In this document: positions 58,061 to 64,000 of the stretch, one piece after another | Position numbering within the stretch: position 1 is the first letter of the stretch | Layout: every line of letters begins with the position of its first letter | Source: Limisphaerales bacterium | GTDB taxonomy: Bacteria; Verrucomicrobiota; Verrucomicrobiia; Limisphaerales; JAJOIW01 | Length of the DNA: 64,000 bases | NCBI GenBank assembly: GCA_965657355.1 | Contig: CBFHOE010000010.1 | Coordinates: forward strand, 22,326-86,325 | Reading direction: 5' to 3' | Position numbers and translations under genes: made by a program | The notes under the pieces: generated by a model | Told to the model about the DNA's origin: nothing | Seen by the model: the letters and a program-made list of their open reading frames with translations, nothing else | The model's database searches: none

Positions 58061-58975
58061 TTATTTATTTCGAATATCCAACCAAAATTTCATTGTCTTA
58101 GAGACGAGTTCAGGCTTATCGATATGTGACCAATGCCCAGCATCTGGGATAGTCACCAATGTATAATCCTCGTTAATCCAATCCCAGGTTCCGTTGAGAC
58201 CATTTCTATGTAAAGCAGTGTCTTTCAGTCCATGAAATTGCAATACTGGCATCTCGACATTCGGCATATCCCATTTCAAATCTGAATAAGGTGGTTTTGG
58301 ATAATTCTGTCTATAATAATTCATCATTCCCAAAGTGCTAGATCTCTTGAAAGCTTCCAAATACCTCTGAGTCGTTTTTTCATCTCGACCGACAAACTTT
58401 GCTAAGCCTTCTATATTTATAAATTTATGTGATTCGGGCTTCTGAAAATTTCTCGCGTACTCAGCATTCGCATATTGTTCTTTATTATTTGCCAGCTCGC
58501 GTCTAAGCCCACGAGGGTGAGGGAGGTTTACTATGACCAAATTTTTGGTTGTCTCGGGATATGTTGTTGCGAATGTCCATGCGATCATCCCACCCCAATC
58601 ATGGCCTACTATGATGGCTTCCTTACGATCTTCTGCGTCGACTACAGCTTTCACATCTTTGACAAGCAAACCCATATCGTATTCTTCCTGCTCGGTAGGT
58701 TTACTGGATTGGTTATAACCGCGCGTATCCATGGCAACGACTCTGTATGAATCCATCAGAGTTGTCATTTGATGCCTCCATGTATACCAATAATCTGGAA
58801 ATCCATGAATGAAAACAACGAGAGGTCCCTCTCCGGATGCCACATAATGAATCTTTGCATTGCCACTTTGAACATATTTATCTTCTAACAAAACGCCGTT
58901 AAGCTCTGCGGACGATGCAGTGACATATGGAAAGAGAATAGAAAAGAAACCGAATAGGATAAAGAAATGACGCAT
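58061..58975 (-). CDS. Alpha/beta hydrolase, epoxide-hydrolase-like, secreted
   Basis: Signal peptide. HGFPDYWYTWRHQ oxyanion/lid motif and nucleophile elbow GHDWGG (Asp nucleophile), as in the epoxide hydrolase / haloalkane dehalogenase group. Confidence 0.85.
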   Translation of the reverse strand: MRHFFILFGFFSILFPYVTASSAELNGVLLEDKYVQSGNAKIHYVASGEGPLVVFIHGFPDYWYTWRHQMTTLMDSYRVVAMDTRGYNQSSKPTEQEEYDMGLLVKDVKAVVDAEDRKEAIIVGHDWGGMIAWTFATTYPETTKNLVIVNLPHPRGLRRELANNKEQYANAEYARNFQKPESHKFINIEGLAKFVGRDEKTTQRYLEAFKRSSTLGMMNYYRQNYPKPPYSDLKWDMPNVEMPVLQFHGLKDTALHRNGLNGTWDWINEDYTLVTIPDAGHWSHIDKPELVSKTMKFWLDIRNK

Positions 58976-59090
58976 GACTCAGAATATGAATGAGGTGCTT
59001 ATCAATTTCAAGAGATCAAATTCAGATCCCAAATTGTTTTAGACCACACAAGTAGTGCGGTATACAAAACCTTTCACGCCGAAGGTTTTA

Positions 59091-59540
59091 TTATTCACTC
59101 AGCTCGTCTCCGGTATTTTGCAATAGAGAGGAAAGTTTAGAAAAAACTTGTCTCGGTTCGTTGGTCTTGTTTGATCGATTATAACAGATTGCAAATTCGA
59201 AAGCGTAAAGATCTTCTACATCCCCTGTCTCAAGGATGAGTGCCTTTGATTCGTTATCGTCTATTCGGATTTGAGAATCATAGGCAAAGACATATGCCAG
59301 GCAATCCTTGTAATCACTCACAATAGCTTGCCGAGCGATCTCTCTTATTTCATCCACTTCGGCGTCTGTCTCAAACTGAAGAAAAGTGACTTCAGATCCA
59401 TCATGGATAAAAAGGGAAGGATAAAAAACACCCGAATCTAATAGATCAGGAATAGCACTTTTTTCTGCAACCTTGAGGAGGTGATCCTGCTCACTGGAGA
59501 TTGAAATTTCCATTTTTTTGAAAAAAATTACGAATACCAC
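59091..59540 (-). CDS. Hypothetical protein
   Basis: 149-aa ORF with GTG start; an alternative ATG at 59513 gives MEISISSEQ... No family recognised. Confidence 0.5.
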   Translation of the reverse strand: MVFVIFFKKMEISISSEQDHLLKVAEKSAIPDLLDSGVFYPSLFIHDGSEVTFLQFETDAEVDEIREIARQAIVSDYKDCLAYVFAYDSQIRIDDNESKALILETGDVEDLYAFEFAICYNRSNKTNEPRQVFSKLSSLLQNTGDELSE

Positions 59541-59791
59541 TTCCGAAAGTTAAAAGCCACGTGTCCTAGACAGCATACCAATTCTGCAGTCGTCAAACTA
59601 CGATCTTGTCGTTCCGGTCAAACAAAAAACTTAGCTCCTTTGACGATAAAATATCTTCTGCAAAGGCCGATTTTGATTAAGCAAATGGTTTACTCCAGAT
59701 ATTTTTATTTTTCGAAAGGTATTCGGGTAAGATAAAGAATAAGGAATACGTTTCCTTAATGTCCAAATTGGGACAATTAAAAAACCCCATA

Positions 59792-60856
59792 TTAATTTTG
59801 GACCGGATAAGAGCCGAGTATTTTCATGAAATGGCAGCACTCTCTTAATTCCTCGATGGCATTAGACGTCGGAGGCTTATCAAAGTGGCCTACGAAATCG
59901 ACAAAGAATATGTACTCCCATGCTTTTCGTTTACTTGGGCGGCTCTCGATCTTGGTCAAATTCAGATCGTGCTTCTGGAAAATTCTTAATGCAGTGTGGA
60001 GGGCTCCAACTTCATGCCTCAGCGAAAACATAAGACTCGTTCTATCGCTCGCTGTGGGCGGGCTGCATTTGCGTCCTAATACGAAAAACCGAGTCACATT
60101 TGATGGGTTGTCCTGTAAACTAGACTCCAAAATCTCAAGGCCATATGTCTGGGCAGCTAACGCACTGGCTATGGCCGCAGCTTTGGGAGTCTCAGATACC
60201 TTTTGAGCCGCTCTTGTTGTTGAGGAAGACTCTATGATTTCCGCCTGAGGTAAGTTTTGCATAATCCACCCTCTGCATTGGGCCAATGCTTGAGGGTGCG
60301 TATATAAAACTTCAATTTCTGATCTCTTGAGGTTCCCAATTAAACAATGCTCTATGGGCATAACGATCTGAGCGACAATCTTAAGTTCGCTGTCTATAAA
60401 CATATCGAGCGTATGGGTTACGACCCCTTCAGTCGAATTCTCAATCGGAACAACTCCGTAATCTGCCCTTTGATGAGATACTTCATTAAACACATCGGAT
60501 ATTGTTTTTTGAGCGGCATAATTAAGGCTCGCTCCAAACCTTTTCTTTGCAGCCTGATGTGTGAAGGTTGCTTCTGGTCCCAAATACGCGATAGTCATTG
60601 ATTTTTCCAGAGAAAGCGATGTCGACATGATCTCTCTGTAGATGGCGCGCATTGATTCCGCAGGAACAGGCCCAGGATTGGCTCTGCACACTTTATCGAG
60701 CACGGCTAATTCTCTGTGCGGAGCATAAATCTCCTCACCCTGTGCCATTTTAATTTCACCGATGGCTAGGGCGTGCTTGGTTCGTTCATTGAGGGCGTGG
60801 ATTATTTCTTTATCCAACTCATCAATTTTTTGCCGATGGTGTTCAAGGTCTGCCAT
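59792..60856 (-). CDS. pheA: Bifunctional chorismate mutase / prephenate dehydratase
   Basis: N-terminal CM domain ([29 protein letters not shown]), PDT domain ([15 protein letters not shown]), and C-terminal ACT domain (SLMFSL..GALHTAL..ESRP). Confidence 0.92.
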   Translation of the reverse strand: MADLEHHRQKIDELDKEIIHALNERTKHALAIGEIKMAQGEEIYAPHRELAVLDKVCRANPGPVPAESMRAIYREIMSTSLSLEKSMTIAYLGPEATFTHQAAKKRFGASLNYAAQKTISDVFNEVSHQRADYGVVPIENSTEGVVTHTLDMFIDSELKIVAQIVMPIEHCLIGNLKRSEIEVLYTHPQALAQCRGWIMQNLPQAEIIESSSTTRAAQKVSETPKAAAIASALAAQTYGLEILESSLQDNPSNVTRFFVLGRKCSPPTASDRTSLMFSLRHEVGALHTALRIFQKHDLNLTKIESRPSKRKAWEYIFFVDFVGHFDKPPTSNAIEELRECCHFMKILGSYPVQN

Positions 60857-62442
60857 AGTTGTTTAGAACAAAGAGTGATAAATTGGACTGGATTAGTTGG
60901 ATCTTCAATAGAATTCAGAGCCGATTTTAATTTTGACCATATTGTATTCGCCGTTTTTGATGCTGAGGGAGCCGGCTCATCCACTTCAGTGGGCACCAAT
61001 TTCTCATCACTAACCCGCTCTCCGGCTTGACTAACCTCTTCCCGGGAAGTTTTAATATCTGGAATCCCTGATACGACCTCAATCTCAACGCTATCATCTC
61101 CATAGGTGAGCTTTATCTCACTCTCGCTGACCTTCTCAGCCGGTAATTCAGGATGAGAGGGGGATGGCATTTCCGACTCTTCGGACTGCTTTTTAGGTTG
61201 TGCTTCGTCTAATATCTCACGACGACTATCACCTACTTCGTCTATGGCAGTTATTTCTTTGCTCTCCTGGTCGTTTTCGCAAAAATCTGGGCGAGAGTCA
61301 TCTTCTTCCACATTTTTAACCTCATCAGCGGAAGCGGATTCACCTTTATCAATTTCAGATTCATCAGCTTCATTTTCCGGTGAATGGGAGACAGTTTCAA
61401 TATCCTCGAGTTTTATTGCGGGTTCACGTGCTTCAAGAACAAAAGGCACTGGCAGCGAATGTTCTTTCTCCAAGCGACTTTTTTCATCCTCTATGAGATC
61501 TTCTTCTACGTCTGATTCTCCGCTGCCCTCTATCGTATGTTCGCTATCTTGATCCTGAGGAGTTTGACCATCAGATTCTTTATCGTTACTTTGGTTTGAC
61601 TGATTAATTATCTCTTCCTCAGTCGCAGATATTGAGACATCCTCTAGGCCAACAGCTAGCTTAGAAGCATATTCAACCGAGTTATCTTCTTCATCCTCTT
61701 CTTCGACAAACTCCTCATCTTCAAGATCGTCAATGTCATTTTTGGATTCGTCTTCAGCTGGAGGCTCATTGGGGGCGAGGTCGAGCGTATTTTCTATCCC
61801 CCACTCTGATAATTCATCAGGGTTAGATACTTTATGCAGGTTTTCAGGTGGCGCCTCCAAAGGAGTGTCAGGATCAGCATTAATGGTTTTTAACATACCT
61901 GAATCAGGAAGATCCAATAAGGACCCTAATCCAAAGTATTCAAGAAATAATTCGGTGGTCGCATAAAGTGATGGTTTTCCGGGTAAATCTGATTTTCCTT
62001 TTTCTTCGACAAGCCCACGCTCCATCAGTTTCCCCATGACACCATCGACAGAAACGCCACGAATTTTTTCTATTCCTGCCCTTGTTATAGGTTGCCTATA
62101 CGCGATGATGGAAAGTGTTTCCAAAGAAGGCTGAGTAAGCCGAGTGGGTCTTTGCCTTCTCCCAAGCAAGACTTGAAGCCATGGATTAAATTCCTGGTTA
62201 GAATGGAATTGCCACTTTCCATTCACACACCTCAAATGGAATGAGCGGTTTAATTCCTCATATTCTGAGGAAAGTAATTTTATTTCTTTTTCAATTGCTC
62301 GCTCGCGAGTAGCAGCAAGTTTCTTAATCCAGGCTTCGTCGGAATTCTCTGCCGTATTTTTGATTATGCTCTTGATATCTCCAGGAGCTAAACCTCGCGG
62401 TGAGCTAAATAAAAGGCATTCTATAATTGATCGAAGTTCCAT
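60802..62442 (-). CDS. scpB: Segregation and condensation protein B with ~350-aa acidic low-complexity C-terminal extension
   Basis: The first ~190 aa show the ScpB pattern (IIECLLFSS..., [38 protein letters not shown]). The remainder is E/D/S-rich. The 3' end overlaps the pheA start by 55 nt. Confidence 0.88.
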   Translation of the reverse strand: MELRSIIECLLFSSPRGLAPGDIKSIIKNTAENSDEAWIKKLAATRERAIEKEIKLLSSEYEELNRSFHLRCVNGKWQFHSNQEFNPWLQVLLGRRQRPTRLTQPSLETLSIIAYRQPITRAGIEKIRGVSVDGVMGKLMERGLVEEKGKSDLPGKPSLYATTELFLEYFGLGSLLDLPDSGMLKTINADPDTPLEAPPENLHKVSNPDELSEWGIENTLDLAPNEPPAEDESKNDIDDLEDEEFVEEEDEEDNSVEYASKLAVGLEDVSISATEEEIINQSNQSNDKESDGQTPQDQDSEHTIEGSGESDVEEDLIEDEKSRLEKEHSLPVPFVLEAREPAIKLEDIETVSHSPENEADESEIDKGESASADEVKNVEEDDSRPDFCENDQESKEITAIDEVGDSRREILDEAQPKKQSEESEMPSPSHPELPAEKVSESEIKLTYGDDSVEIEVVSGIPDIKTSREEVSQAGERVSDEKLVPTEVDEPAPSASKTANTIWSKLKSALNSIEDPTNPVQFITLCSKQLWQTLNTIGKKLMSWIKK

Positions 62443-62467
62443 AGATACTTGTGATTAACTTCCTCGA

Positions 62468-63247
62468 TTATTCGAAAGTAAGTTCCTCCTGCCACTCCAT
62501 GGGCGCTTCCCACCCTTCGGGCGATCGGTTGACTCTAATATCGGAAAAATGCCCATGCTGAGTAGCATGGACACGCTTCTGTTTTACCAATTCAAGAATG
62601 GCAAGGAACGTCGCTACAACTTCTGACCGAGTGGAAACGCCTTCAAACAAAGCAGTAAATTGCACGGTCCCTTCTTTTGTGAGCTTGTGGATGATAAATT
62701 CGATTTTCTCACTCACTGTGAATGGGTCTTGAACGATCTCAGAGACCCTCTCGAGTCGATGCTCATACCTTTCGAGAATAATTTCTAATGCTTTTAGTAA
62801 ATCATTCACAGTAGCTTGTTGGCCTGATGGAGCTTCTATGACGCGAGGGAGATCCAGCTTGGATGGCTCCCGAGGATAAATTTTTTCCTCGCGCCGTTCG
62901 ATTGTTTTGAGATGGTGGGAAGCGTCTTTGAATTTTTTATATTCTACCAACTGACGGATAAGTTCCCACCTCGGGTCTAGCTCCTCATCGTCTTCCTCAT
63001 CGATGACCTGTTGATCAATCGGCAGAAGCTCTTTGCTTTTGATATAAATCAAAGTAGCTGCCATCACGATAAATTCCCCTGCGATGTCCAAATCGAGCGA
63101 TTTCATGATTTCGACATACTCAATAAAATCTGTAGCCAGGCGAGTTAGGTTCACCTCATAGATATCAACCTCTTGTCGCCTTACTAAATAGAGCAAAAGA
63201 TCCAATGGACCTTCAAAAACTTCAAAACTGACCTGATATTCTGCCAT
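62468..63247 (-). CDS. scpA: Segregation and condensation protein A
   Basis: MAEYQVSFEVFEGPLDLLLYLVRRQEVDIYEV matches the canonical ScpA N-terminus, so the ATG at 63247 is preferred over the track's GTG at 63289. Confidence 0.9.
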   Translation of the reverse strand: MAEYQVSFEVFEGPLDLLLYLVRRQEVDIYEVNLTRLATDFIEYVEIMKSLDLDIAGEFIVMAATLIYIKSKELLPIDQQVIDEEDDEELDPRWELIRQLVEYKKFKDASHHLKTIERREEKIYPREPSKLDLPRVIEAPSGQQATVNDLLKALEIILERYEHRLERVSEIVQDPFTVSEKIEFIIHKLTKEGTVQFTALFEGVSTRSEVVATFLAILELVKQKRVHATQHGHFSDIRVNRSPEGWEAPMEWQEELTFE

Positions 63248-63377
63248 ACATCCAATCCGGATTGTTTTCCCTTGGTGAGATGATGCCACAATTAGGATAT
63301 CAATATCAACTTCCCATCGGAGGAGGAATTCCAGTCAATCGTAGAAAACCGACGAATTTTAGGTCTTTTTTTGATAT

Positions 63378-64000
63378 TCAGGCCTCAGAATCGGTGATCG
63401 CTAATTCGTGGATAGTGAATGGACTGTCGATGCCTTTGATATTTACCCTGAGATTTCCAACAGTCCTAAATGGAACTGATGCCGCCTCAAGCGTATGGGT
63501 GGATACGAGTATCTGACCTCCGACAGTAAAACTCTCAATTCGAGCCGCCAAGTTGACGGTCGCGCCGACAACTCCGAATTTTAACCTTTTGCTGGACCCA
63601 ATATTTCCAACAACAGCATCTCCAGAATTGACCCCAATTCCCATTTGCAGGTCACAACTTCTTACCTCCCGAGAAATATTTTTCAGTTTTTGAAGCTCTT
63701 GTTGCATTTTTCGGGAACATGCCATCGCACGTTCCGCATGATTTTCATACGGGGACAGAGCCCCGAATACCGCCAAGATTCCATCCCCAACAAAATCAAT
63801 TATCATCCCACTAAATTCATTGATGACATCTATCATTCGCTCGAAATATAAATTCAGCATGCCAACCAATTCGGCAGGTGAGGTCTTGCTGGAGAGCTCT
63901 GTGAACCCACGAAGATCACTAACCAGCACAGAAACGTTTCTGGATTCACCCCCGATTCTGATGGATTGTGGCTGCGATAGCACTTTTTCCAACAACTGAT
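63378..64000 (-). CDS. Class III adenylate/guanylate cyclase catalytic domain protein; 5' end lies outside the window
   Basis: The frame is open to nt 64000; the track start at 63995 is an internal TTG. Cyclase domain: VSVLVSDLRGFTELS...IDFVGDGILAVFGA...MGIGVNSGDAVVGNIGS..R..FGVVGATVNLAARIES. Confidence 0.85.
   Translation of the reverse strand, partial: QLLEKVLSQPQSIRIGGESRNVSVLVSDLRGFTELSSKTSPAELVGMLNLYFERMIDVINEFSGMIIDFVGDGILAVFGALSPYENHAERAMACSRKMQQELQKLKNISREVRSCDLQMGIGVNSGDAVVGNIGSSKRLKFGVVGATVNLAARIESFTVGGQILVSTHTLEAASVPFRTVGNLRVNIKGIDSPFTIHELAITDSEA

Overview
This is a 64-kb chromosomal segment from a low-GC bacterium. Its gene content looks like the PVC superphylum (Verrucomicrobiota/Planctomycetota-like): two PSCyt/DUF1549-DUF1553 + DUF1501 pairs, an S1 sulfatase, a DUF1080 fusion, an LTD-CotH protein, and a LamG/Ig giant protein. 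I call 41 protein-coding genes, two of them cut by the window edges. By eye I found no rRNA/tRNA, CRISPR array, transposase, integrase or prophage genes. Housekeeping blocks (manA-accA-zwf; erpA-hscB; pheA-scpB-scpA) are interleaved with envelope and secreted-protein loci. The main observations are as follows. (1) A 13-kb two-gene unit on the minus strand encodes a 3768-aa mosaic surface protein and a six-Ig-domain protein. (2) A ~65-70 aa C-terminal module (h-x-h-x-W-P ... W ... F-F-[RK]-L near the C-terminus) is shared by those two proteins and by two unrelated secreted proteins elsewhere in the window. I cannot assign it to a named family, and I propose it as a candidate sorting or anchoring tag. 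(3) A perfect (GAT)25 microsatellite encodes a poly-Asp loop inside the giant gene. (4) A Cys-poor protein of four DUF11 repeats is reminiscent of chlamydial OmcB and sits in an envelope cluster next to a STAS-fused Mla-type transporter operon. (5) There are several unusual fusions and extensions: peroxiredoxin-DUF1080, STAS-MlaE, and ScpB with a ~350-aa acidic tail. (6) Strong inverted or alternative-pairing repeats occur in two intergenic regions. All functional calls rest on motif recognition by eye, with no database search or alignment, so family names are hypotheses to be confirmed with HMM searches.
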